Shown here piece by piece: positions 1-8,460 of a stretch of 64,000 nt of DNA. Each line of letters begins with the position of its first letter. Within the stretch, counting starts at the first letter, position 1. Source of the stretch: Convolutriloba macropyga (lineage: Eukaryota). The notes under the pieces were generated by a model. That model was not told the DNA's origin and did no database searches. It was given only the letters and a program-made list of their open reading frames with translations. Where the stretch lies: positions 19,158,001 to 19,222,000 of the forward strand of contig NC_134475.1 in the NCBI RefSeq assembly GCF_964194025.1. The letters run 5' to 3'. A program made the translations under genes and the position numbers.

Positions 1-267
1 ACCGAAGATCAATTAGATTCGGGTGGAGGCATAACTGACTTGGTTTTTGACGCCGAGCACCAAGAAAGACAATCTTGGAGGTTTTGCAATTCGAGATTGC
101 CTCGATCAGAGGTTGTATACTTTACACAAATCATTATAATAATTTTTCTTATAACTGTATCTCTCACCAAGTTGGTTTTTTTCAGTCTTGACTGTGAAGA
201 ATCCACATTTTGGTTTTCACTTCTTTCTTGTACAGTTGGATACGCTCTTCCAAATCCAAAGTTATGA
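1..267 (+). CDS. Small two-TM-helix protein of Polinton/adintovirus type (5' partial)
   Basis: Frame is open from base 1. Hydrophobic YFTQIIIIIFLITVSL and C-terminal WFSLLSCTVGYALPNPKL; stop overlaps the ATPase ATG (ATGA 264-267). Confidence 0.7.
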   Translation, partial: TEDQLDSGGGITDLVFDAEHQERQSWRFCNSRLPRSEVVYFTQIIIIIFLITVSLTKLVFFSLDCEESTFWFSLLSCTVGYALPNPKL

Positions 268-995
268 ATAAAGTTATTTCTACCAATGACCGGTTGTTCA
301 TGGCTGTTTGCGGGCCGTCTTGCTGCGGAAAAACTGAGCTCATTTTCAAAATGTTATTAGTTGGCACATTTTTCCCAGAGTTTCAAACAATTTATTATTT
401 TTATCAGCATGATCAGCCAAAATTCCAATCGTTAGAGAAGAAACTGAACATACATTTTAAAAAATTCTCCAATTTTGAGCTCATTTCAGAGTTAGAGAAC
501 TGCCTTCTTGTGTTCGATGATTCATGTGAAGAAATTTTTAATGACAAAGAATTTTCCAAATTAGCAACCGCAGGGCGACATAGAAACATCAGTGTAATTT
601 ATGTTAAACACAATTTGTTCCAGCAAAGCAGATGGTCCAGAACAATTGATCTAAACACAACACATATCATATTGTTCAAATCACCCCGTGACACACAACA
701 GATTAGTTTTATTGGTCGACAGTTGAATAATGCACAATTTTTAAAAGAAAGCTATGAGCTCGCAACCAAAGAACCGTTTGGTCATTTATTAGTTGATTTG
801 GATCCAAAAACATCAGACGTCTTGCGCTACTGTTCAAATATTGTTCCTCCAGGACCATCAATTTTTTATCTGCCATCAGCTAAAGCCGTTATCACAAATT
901 TGAGCGATGAGAGAGAAAGAAGTTTGTATGCTGGGGCGGCTGCTAGACATATCGGATACAAAACTAAAAGAGAAGATCGAGAGAGCTCCAAATAA
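264..995 (+). CDS. A32/FtsK-like DNA packaging ATPase
   Basis: Walker A GPSCCGKT, Walker B LLVFDD, A32-type GRHRNISVI motif; first ATG at 264. Confidence 0.93.
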   Translation: MNKVISTNDRLFMAVCGPSCCGKTELIFKMLLVGTFFPEFQTIYYFYQHDQPKFQSLEKKLNIHFKKFSNFELISELENCLLVFDDSCEEIFNDKEFSKLATAGRHRNISVIYVKHNLFQQSRWSRTIDLNTTHIILFKSPRDTQQISFIGRQLNNAQFLKESYELATKEPFGHLLVDLDPKTSDVLRYCSNIVPPGPSIFYLPSAKAVITNLSDERERSLYAGAAARHIGYKTKREDRESSK

Positions 996-1206
996 ATTCA
1001 TTAAATTCCTTTGCGAATGTTTGCTCAACATTGTCAATGGTAATGTGCCAATAAGAAAAAGTGTTGTAGAAGGTTATGAAAAATCATTCAGAAAGCTATT
1101 GTCTAGACAAACAAGTTTGAAAGAAAAGAGGCAGATTTTTGCTAGAGAAACAGATTTGGTCAAAATTGTTGGTTTCGCTTGTTATCGATATTTGACAAAA
1201 TCATAA
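928..1206 (+). CDS. Conserved small Polinton protein (CECxxNxxxGN type)
   Basis: FLCECLLNIVNGNVPI resembles the short ORF usually found next to Polinton ATPases. ATG at 928 (alternative 907); TAATG coupling to the next ORF. Confidence 0.7.
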   Translation: MLGRLLDISDTKLKEKIERAPNKFIKFLCECLLNIVNGNVPIRKSVVEGYEKSFRKLLSRQTSLKEKRQIFARETDLVKIVGFACYRYLTKS

Positions 1207-1958
1207 TGCGCACCGAAGAATTCATTTTAATTCCAAAACGAATGTTTGCTTCACATCAACCGGTAAAAAAAGAAGTTTTGGACAATCCCCTTTATAAACA
1301 GAAAGCTGCACAGCTGTCTCTTTTGCAAAGAAACCAGTCCAACTCAATGGAAAAACCAGAGAAAGCATTTGAACCAGTTGAGACTGCAAACAAACTGATG
1401 ATTGAAACAGCAGAAGAGGAGAAAACAGAACCCATGAGCGAAGACAGCGAGATTGAACCGGTAGTGAAAAAACAAAGAAAAAGCGACGATTTCACCTCTA
1501 TAATGATAGAGCTAGAAGTTATGAATAAAAACCAAATCAAAAGATCAAAAATCATACTTGACTTGATTAACCAATCTGAAACAGTCACCATAGAGTCGAA
1601 CGACGTTCTTCACGTTAATAAAGAAACACTGGGCATCAAAGCTTCAACATTTCTGTACAATCTACAGCAACCAACTAAAAAAATTGACATTGAAAAATAC
1701 TCAAAAATTTTATTTGCTCTTAATATCTCACCTCATCTTGTTGCAAATACACATGCCAAGCAAATCTTGGAAGCCTCGTCTGAAAGTGAACAAGAATTTT
1801 TCCCAAGTAGAGAACAACCCAGTCAACAAGAGTTCTCCTCTACTGGAGAACGACTCAGTGGCTCAAAACCAACCCGAAAAAAATATAAAGAAGAAACGGA
1901 CCAAACGCCAGACAAAGAAGAGACCAGTCAAGATGTGGTCTTTCTTTTCCTGAAGTAA
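1206..1958 (+). CDS. Polinton hypothetical protein (about 250 aa)
   Basis: ATG at 1206 overlaps the upstream stop (TAATG); long ORF in the viral cassette; no recognisable catalytic motif. Confidence 0.7.
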   Translation: MRTEEFILIPKRMFASHQPVKKEVLDNPLYKQKAAQLSLLQRNQSNSMEKPEKAFEPVETANKLMIETAEEEKTEPMSEDSEIEPVVKKQRKSDDFTSIMIELEVMNKNQIKRSKIILDLINQSETVTIESNDVLHVNKETLGIKASTFLYNLQQPTKKIDIEKYSKILFALNISPHLVANTHAKQILEASSESEQEFFPSREQPSQQEFSSTGERLSGSKPTRKKYKEETDQTPDKEETSQDVVFLFLK

Positions 1959-1963
1959 AAAAA

Positions 1964-2881
1964 ATGGATCAGTTGTATTTAAAAGAACCAGCTTCGTATG
2001 GAAGCATAAAACGACTACAGACTCAAAGCAAGCTCCCTATAGGCAAAGTCCTGTCCTATTTGGAGACAAAGCCGTCTTTCACAAAGTACCGTTCAATTCG
2101 ATTAAAATTTCCTAGGCTTAAAGTTTTTGTAAAAGACATTAACGAAATTTGGTCTCTAGATTTGGCACACGTTGATAAATTAGCAAAGTATAACCGCAAC
2201 ATCAAGTATCTCCTAGTAGCGGTTGATTGTTTGTCAAGATATTTACGAGTGGAACCTTTAAAAACAAAGTACGCAACAGAAGCAGCTGAAGCATTCAAAA
2301 AGATGATCAAAAACAAACAGCCCGAAAAAGTATGGGTTGACGATGGCACAGAATTTCTGGGAGAATTCAAACAATTGTGCAACAAACGCGGAATTCAGTT
2401 ATATAGTACTTTCAGTGAAAAAAAGTCAGCTTTTGCAGAGAGGAACATTAGATCTCTCAAAAAGATAATTCATCGGTATCTCGAAGAAAAGTGGACCTAT
2501 AGCTACATTGACCAATTAGACCAATTTGTGAAAACAATCAATTCAAGAGTCAATCGAGTAACTAAAATTGCTCCCAACAAAGTTACAAAAAAAGATGTGC
2601 CACGACTAGTTTCATTGACAGTCCAAACAAGCTCAAATCAGAAGCCCAAGTTTTACATTGGAGACTTTGTGAGAATAGTTAAAAAAGATAAAGCATTCAG
2701 GAAAAGTTACAAGCAATCGTTCACAGACGAAGTCTTTGAAATAACGGGAATACCGACATTAAGCCCACCAACATACTCCTTAGTCGACACAGACAAAGAA
2801 CCAATTCAAGGAAAATTTTATCAACCAGAATTACAACTTGTCAGGCTCCCTCTCGTTGAAAATGTCCAACAACCGGTTTGA
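1964..2881 (+). CDS. Retroviral-like (c-int) DDE integrase
   Basis: Catalytic triad in WSLDLA, WVDDGTEF and FAERNIR; C-terminal KFYIGDFVRI...GKFYQPELQ typical of Polinton integrases. Confidence 0.95.
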   Translation: MDQLYLKEPASYGSIKRLQTQSKLPIGKVLSYLETKPSFTKYRSIRLKFPRLKVFVKDINEIWSLDLAHVDKLAKYNRNIKYLLVAVDCLSRYLRVEPLKTKYATEAAEAFKKMIKNKQPEKVWVDDGTEFLGEFKQLCNKRGIQLYSTFSEKKSAFAERNIRSLKKIIHRYLEEKWTYSYIDQLDQFVKTINSRVNRVTKIAPNKVTKKDVPRLVSLTVQTSSNQKPKFYIGDFVRIVKKDKAFRKSYKQSFTDEVFEITGIPTLSPPTYSLVDTDKEPIQGKFYQPELQLVRLPLVENVQQPV

Positions 2882-3673
2882 AGACGAGTTTACAGTTCAC
2901 GTTGTTTCATCCGCTTCAATGGAAATATTGGATTCAAACACACTTGCATCATTTCGAAATTTTTTTAATGACGAAATTCAACTTTTAATGACGTCATTTT
3001 TTTTAATGACGTCATTAAAAATTTCGAAATTTTTAATGACGAAATTATTTCTAGACCTTATAGTGGACAACAATTTAGTTTTATGCCAGGAACCTTTGAT
3101 ACAGTGGCACAACTTCTTGCTACAATTAAGCGAACAATTGGACTGCCCAATTTTTCTTTCAGAGAGTTGAAGAGCTCTGGAAAATATGAAATTTTATTTG
3201 GCAAATATGAGGGAATTACATTTCCCAGCGAGGAAATTCCGAGCATTATTGGATTTAAGGGTATTCCTGACGGTAATGGAATACATATTGGGTACAAAAT
3301 GATTCCCAATGCGAACAGGTTTATGAAAAGTGATGATACGAAAGCTTATTATGGGGAGTTCCCAGCTGATCTTTGTGCTGGAAAGCATCTAATTTTCATC
3401 TACACTAACATAATTGAATATCAATACGTTGGTGACACTAAGGCTCCTCTTTTGCGAGTCATTGATTCAAAACAACGTCTGAAAAACGGTAGTGTTTGTG
3501 AGCTTGAGCCAACTCATCGGATAGTTTTTACAAATTTAGACTATAAGAAGCTCCTAACCAACACAATTCAATCGATTTCAATTGAACTGAGAACGGAAAC
3601 AGGACAATTAGTTCCCTTTTCGGGAACTGGAAAAGTTATTCTAACACTACAATTCAAAAAATTTTCCTCCTAA
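2862..3673 (+). pseudogene. Minor capsid (penton-like) protein, disrupted by deletion and frameshift at about 2975-3046
   Basis: N-terminus MSNNRFEDEFTVHVVSSASMEI...NTLASFRN (ATG 2862) and C-terminus IFIYTNIIEYQYVGDTKAPLLRVI...ILTLQFKK (ORF 3083-3673) lie in different frames, separated by a scrambled palindromic patch. Confidence 0.85.
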
Positions 3674-3674
3674 A

Positions 3675-4097
3675 ATGGATTCTTATTATGCGAATCAAGC
3701 AACGTCTTTGCCTCACTTCTCTGGACATTATCGTCAAAGAGGAAGTGGTTTTGGAGCCCTAGCTGCAGGCATTGGACGTGTTGCGCTGCCTTTAGCACGT
3801 CGTTTCATTTTGCCTACAGCGAAGCGTATCGGGAAAGAGCTTTTGAAACAAAGTGTTCCAGAGATTTTGGATGTAGTCGGAAGCAAAAAATCTCCTAAAC
3901 AGGCGTTTAAAGATACAATCGCAAAAACTGTTAAAAAACAGACTGGGGGATCTCGACGAAATACTTCACGTCGGAGGAATTCAAGTCGAGTCAAGCCACA
4001 GAAAGCGATCAACAAACGCAAAAAAACCATTTCAACGCACAGAGCTCCAAAAAGAAGTCGGTCAGATTTTTTTGCCAGAGTGAACGATGATCGCTAA
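3675..4097 (+). CDS. Basic core/DNA-condensing-like virion protein
   Basis: QRGSGFG N-terminal motif, QTGGS and an Arg/Lys-rich C-terminal half; lies between minor and major capsid genes. Confidence 0.75.
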   Translation: MDSYYANQATSLPHFSGHYRQRGSGFGALAAGIGRVALPLARRFILPTAKRIGKELLKQSVPEILDVVGSKKSPKQAFKDTIAKTVKKQTGGSRRNTSRRRNSSRVKPQKAINKRKKTISTHRAPKRSRSDFFARVNDDR

Positions 4098-5379
4098 TTT
4101 GTTACCATCAGAAGCAACTCACAGTTCTTTGGATTTATTCGAAAAACCTTCTCTTTTAGTAACTTTCGATGGTAGTTTTTGTCAAAAGTTGGGCCCAGTC
4201 TACAGTCCAAATGGACCCATGTTAGAATTTGAAGTCGCCGGTGACCGAAATAATTTTATTGACTTACAGAAAATTTTCTTGGAAGTAAAATGTAAAATTG
4301 TCCAGTCATCAGAAGCTGATTTGAGATATGACGCAGGAGCAGCAACAGATGTTACGAAGACAGATGCTCCCTATTTTTGCAATAATGTGTTACATTCACT
4401 CTTCTCTGACTGTACAGTGTCTGCTAATGGACTAAAAATTTCAAACGCTAACGGAAACTATGCTCATAAAAGTTTTATTGAAGCAGAATTTTCACATAAC
4501 AAAGATGCAAAAAACACCTGGTTGGCATGTCAGGGTTACTCCTACGAAGAAAATCCAGGAGCGCTGTCAACTGCGGAAGTGAACAGAAGGAAAGCCTTAG
4601 TGAGGCAATCAGCTGAGTGCACATTCTACGGTAAAGTTGCAGTCGACTTTTTCACCTGTGACAGACATTTGCTAAGTGGTGTGACACTTCGCATTGCATT
4701 TAGACGGTCAATAGATGATTTTGTTATAATGTCTGACGATGCTACCAAGCACTACAAAGTAAAAATTGTCGAAGCTAATTTGTATGTGCGCAAGATGACA
4801 TTGAACGATGATGTTGTATCGGCTATTGAAAAAACTTTCAATCCCTACCTGGAGACTCTAACAAAAACGTTTCTGGCGTCAACGGGTCTCCACAGTTGGA
4901 AACAAGAAGATATTTTTGCCAGAGAACCGATTCGTAGACTAGCAATTTGTCTGAACACTAACGAAGCGTTTCTTGGTAACAACAGACAAAATCCATTTAA
5001 TTTCCGCAAATTCAACCTTGAGCAGATTTATATTTATCGAAACGGTTTACCTGTGGCAGACAGTCCGATATCAACAAGTGATGACAAACGTCTTTACTTT
5101 AACACAATATCCGATTTAGCTTACATCGACAATGGTCATGGAATAAGTTTGACAGATTACCCAAATCATTTCATAATGGTTTTTGATTTGACCAGCACCC
5201 AACAAGCATCCCACGATTTTATTCATCCTGAGCTCACAAATTCGTCAATTTCTATTGAGTTGAAATTTTCTGCGGCCTTACCGAACAATATAGAAATATT
5301 CATTATTGGCGAAAAAGCTAGCACAATATTTGTTGATAGTGCAAGAAGAGTATCAAAGAATCACATTCTGACAAATTAA
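4087..5379 (+). CDS. Major capsid protein (double jelly-roll, hexon-like)
   Basis: SSLDLFE N-terminus, LEFEV, NNVLHSLFS, NPFNFRKF and FDLT motifs of Polinton MCPs; 430 aa. Confidence 0.93.
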   Translation: MIANLLPSEATHSSLDLFEKPSLLVTFDGSFCQKLGPVYSPNGPMLEFEVAGDRNNFIDLQKIFLEVKCKIVQSSEADLRYDAGAATDVTKTDAPYFCNNVLHSLFSDCTVSANGLKISNANGNYAHKSFIEAEFSHNKDAKNTWLACQGYSYEENPGALSTAEVNRRKALVRQSAECTFYGKVAVDFFTCDRHLLSGVTLRIAFRRSIDDFVIMSDDATKHYKVKIVEANLYVRKMTLNDDVVSAIEKTFNPYLETLTKTFLASTGLHSWKQEDIFAREPIRRLAICLNTNEAFLGNNRQNPFNFRKFNLEQIYIYRNGLPVADSPISTSDDKRLYFNTISDLAYIDNGHGISLTDYPNHFIMVFDLTSTQQASHDFIHPELTNSSISIELKFSAALPNNIEIFIIGEKASTIFVDSARRVSKNHILTN

Positions 5380-5381
5380 TA

Positions 5382-5813
5382 ATGGATGAAGATGATATTA
5401 ATGGTTTAATCCAAGGTTGCAAAACTCTTAAATATAAATTCCATGGTGTGTTTGCGGCCAACAACTTTCCGGAAAAAATGAACAGAAACAGCTTCCTTAT
5501 TGTTAATGCAGCGACTGCTGAAAATATTGGCAGCCACTGGTTACTATTATGCAGAAAAAACAATCAACTTTTGTTTGCCGATCCCCTTGGTCAGCCCATT
5601 TCATCGTACAAACACCTATATCAAAGAATCGTTTCCGTTGGCAGCAATCACAACATCTATCAACTCTTGGAGAATCAACCAATTCAAAGAGCAAACTCTA
5701 AACTTTGTGGACTTTTTTGTATTTATATTGCTCATTTTGTTTTCAATGCTCAAAAACTTGTAAATATTAGCGATAATGAATTGATTCGTTTCGCTTTTCA
5801 TATGATGTTCTAA
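5382..5813 (+). CDS. Adenain-like cysteine maturation protease
   Basis: His in GSHWLL, Asp in FADPLG, oxyanion Gln and catalytic Cys in IQ...LCGLFC. Confidence 0.92.
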   Translation: MDEDDINGLIQGCKTLKYKFHGVFAANNFPEKMNRNSFLIVNAATAENIGSHWLLLCRKNNQLLFADPLGQPISSYKHLYQRIVSVGSNHNIYQLLENQPIQRANSKLCGLFCIYIAHFVFNAQKLVNISDNELIRFAFHMMF

Positions 5814-5843
5814 CCTTACTAACTTGAGAAATTTATTTTTTTT

Positions 5844-6536
5844 TCAAAACTTTACTTTTTCTTCATACACAAAGCGAACACTCAATAAATCAGAATCAAT
5901 ATTCAATTTTCCATATCCACTCATAAAAATATCCATAATTTGACAAAAAGCGCCAGAATGAGGACCATACAAAATTGTTTCAACTCTTCGTAAAGTTTCA
6001 CTATTAACAAAATCAGTTTGAACTTGTTTCGATGGAGGCCGGGCATTGTAGATAGTTTTTTGAGCAACTACTGGCATCTTGGCACTCGGTTTGAGATTGA
6101 CATTTGTTTGTTTTGCAGAGCTGCTTTTCGATAAATTGTTGTGGTTAGCAAAAGCTGGCAGTCGTTTGCGCACTGACTGTGAATCGGTTTTTTCTCCCGA
6201 ACCGTTGAATTCGATTGCCAATTTGAGTTTTGTAAAAACGTCTCCATTAGTCTCCAAGTTTGGTGCAGTCCAAAACAAGAATTTGAAAGCTGTATAAACA
6301 CAAGGCACAGGAAAGCTCTGATATCGTTTCACTGTTTCGTTTTCAAAAGTAGTTGTATCAATCAGAACGTGATAATGACTGTTTACTAAATTGCAAAATT
6401 CGGAATCAAAATGTGCACACACTGCATAAAAATTTCCAATAGAAAAGCTAGGTTTTTCTTCAAGAATGAGAAATTTGAACTGTTTCTGAAATTGTTTAAA
6501 GTAATTTGGAGAACGCTCAAACATCGCCTCAACCAT
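5844..6536 (-). CDS. Hypothetical protein with an HUH-like motif (HYHVLI)
   Basis: 230-aa ORF from ATG 6536, overlapping the end of the upstream PC4-like ORF; contains AVCAH...SHYHVLID. Confidence 0.65.
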   Translation of the reverse strand: MVEAMFERSPNYFKQFQKQFKFLILEEKPSFSIGNFYAVCAHFDSEFCNLVNSHYHVLIDTTTFENETVKRYQSFPVPCVYTAFKFLFWTAPNLETNGDVFTKLKLAIEFNGSGEKTDSQSVRKRLPAFANHNNLSKSSSAKQTNVNLKPSAKMPVVAQKTIYNARPPSKQVQTDFVNSETLRRVETILYGPHSGAFCQIMDIFMSGYGKLNIDSDLLSVRFVYEEKVKF

Positions 6537-6846
6537 CGTTGTTGGCAACTTCTTTTTGAATTTTTGGTTTCTTCGCTAGTGGTGGTTTTGTTGTTGACAG
6601 CTGGTCAGCCACTGAGTTCTGTATTTTGCTAGCTGAGCTGACCAAATTTTCAAACTCTCCAAGAGTTAGAGAAATTCTCTGTTCAAACTCGTAATCGTCT
6701 GTTGCTTTTTTGAACAATTTCAGAAATACATATGTCCCTGTCCTTTCATAGGTTTTCAGCGTTGCTCTGATTAAGCGCTTATCAGTTTTGGAAATATCGA
6801 AATAATAATCTCCAAACTCTGTGTCTTTAGTGGACGTGAAAGGCAT
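6529..6846 (-). CDS. PC4/Sub1-like ssDNA-binding protein
   Basis: YFDIS..KRLIRATL..Y...YVFLKLF...QRISLTLGEFENL matches the PC4 beta-sheet plus ISLTxxxW/F helix pattern; basic tail PPLAKKPK. Confidence 0.65.
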   Translation of the reverse strand: MPFTSTKDTEFGDYYFDISKTDKRLIRATLKTYERTGTYVFLKLFKKATDDYEFEQRISLTLGEFENLVSSASKIQNSVADQLSTTKPPLAKKPKIQKEVANNDG

Positions 6847-7061
6847 AGTGTGCAACTTGTTTTATTATTTTCAAGTGTTATAATGTGTAAAACTCCAACT
6901 CAATGGGGCGGCAAGTTGGGTTTAAACAAGTGTCGTCAAACTGCCTAATTAAATCCAAATGATTTGTGAATACAGGCTCAAGTACGCCTATGGCGTACTT
7001 GAGTCTGTCTGTTGTTCACATATTGCATAATTAATTTCAGCTGTGACCTTAGATAAGACAA

Positions 7062-7366
7062 AAAACATATGTGAACCTAGGTGTGTACTTGGACCAGCAG
7101 TGCACTGTACACTTTTTATTGGAATTATATGCGTACCATATGTTTTGAGAACACAAATGTGAGCCACCCTGGTTGGGTATTTGAACAAGCAGTGCAGTGT
7201 ACACTGTTTATTGATATTATATGCGGACCACATGTTTTGGTTCTATAGAGAAAACAGATGTGACCCTAGGTGTGTATTTGGACCAGCAGTGCAGTGTACA
7301 CTGTTTATTGGAATTATATGCGGACCATATGTTTATAACTTGGAACAGATGCGACCCTGGGTGTGT
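7062..7366. repeat. 3.3-copy tandem array of about 86-103-bp palindromic units inside the Polinton
   Basis: Units start at about 7062, 7150, 7251 and 7344 (partial). Shared core GGTGTGTAYTTGGACCAGCAGTGCASTGTACACTKTTTATTGGAATTATATGCGKACCATATGTTT, with unit 2 more diverged. Confidence 0.9.
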
Positions 7367-7764
7367 GATATAATTAGAAGCACAAGTGAACCTACAGCAG
7401 TAAGGAAATTCTGATAAGAATAAACATGCACCAGCGTACAATGAAATGCTAATAATAAAATACGCTCTGGATAAGAACTGAGTTAGTACACACTATAAAG
7501 TGTATCGACCCATGTATAATAACAAAATTTAGAGCATATATCAGAGCACATACACTACCAAAATTAAAACCATATTTGACCCCAGATATAATTTGTTGAA
7601 TTACACGTTGTGCAATATTACTTTAAAAATAGTTATTCATTTTCTTTAAACCTTGCGTTCAGTGCACTTTGCTTTCTTTAAACAGTTCGTTACCAGACAA
7701 ACACCTACCAACAGTCTTCTATCAAATTGGTTTTAGTTTCTTTCTCAAAATTTGGACAAAAATT

Positions 7765-8460
7765 ATGTCCGTTCAAATACTTGCTGAATCTGTAATTTCC
7801 TTGGAGCGAACATTGGTTTATCAGACAGTGTTCGAAAACTTTGTTGTGCTTATTCAACAGAAGAGACAAGGCGATGTTTGGCAAACTTACCAGCACTGCT
7901 TGATACCCAAGCTTTTCATTAACGCAATTGCTTCTTTACCAGAGAAGACAGAACCAGCAGATTGCAGTGTTATTACATCAGGAGGACATTTACCTCCAAA
8001 AACTTTGCCAACATTTCAACATCTTGGCATGGAGTCATTACCTGACGACGTTAAACGAATTTTGTTTCGTTACGATTGCGACTGTGTGCCTCTGTTTGAA
8101 AACCAGCTAGGGGCTTATCAGGCTTGCGAAAACTTAGCTGACATGTGGGGCATAAAGTCATCACCTTGCTCCCCAGAAAATCAATCCCAATTGGATTCAG
8201 CCAGCTTGCCAGTAACACCAGCAGTTGATCCGAGTCCCAGTTTGACACCGACATCTAGTCCATCTCTCTTTGCGGGAATTCACAAGAACAATTCTACGGC
8301 TCTGTTCAGTGACAACCAGTTTGATACAACGTTACTGTCAGCTACACAATTTCAAACACCAGAACCAGCACGTGTTTTTGGTGTCACAGACACGCCAAAG
8401 ATTTGCAATGCACCAAAGAAACGGCTACCTGAGAATACTTTAATGGACTTATTTGATTAA
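7765..8460 (+). CDS. Polinton orphan protein (231 aa, Ser/Pro/Thr-rich C-terminus)
   Basis: Long ORF with first ATG at 7765; no recognisable domain. Confidence 0.65.
   Translation: MSVQILAESVISLERTLVYQTVFENFVVLIQQKRQGDVWQTYQHCLIPKLFINAIASLPEKTEPADCSVITSGGHLPPKTLPTFQHLGMESLPDDVKRILFRYDCDCVPLFENQLGAYQACENLADMWGIKSSPCSPENQSQLDSASLPVTPAVDPSPSLTPTSSPSLFAGIHKNNSTALFSDNQFDTTLLSATQFQTPEPARVFGVTDTPKICNAPKKRLPENTLMDLFD

Noticed and set aside
1684-1953. Alternative-frame basic C-terminus (KKRPVKMWSFFS) implying a frameshift in ORF 1206-1958
   Set aside because: Plausible, but undecidable without sibling alignments; the main frame is open.
7062-7366. CRISPR-like array
   Set aside because: The conserved part is about 75 bp with only 5-20-bp linkers, there are about three units, no cas genes, and the context is a eukaryotic virus.
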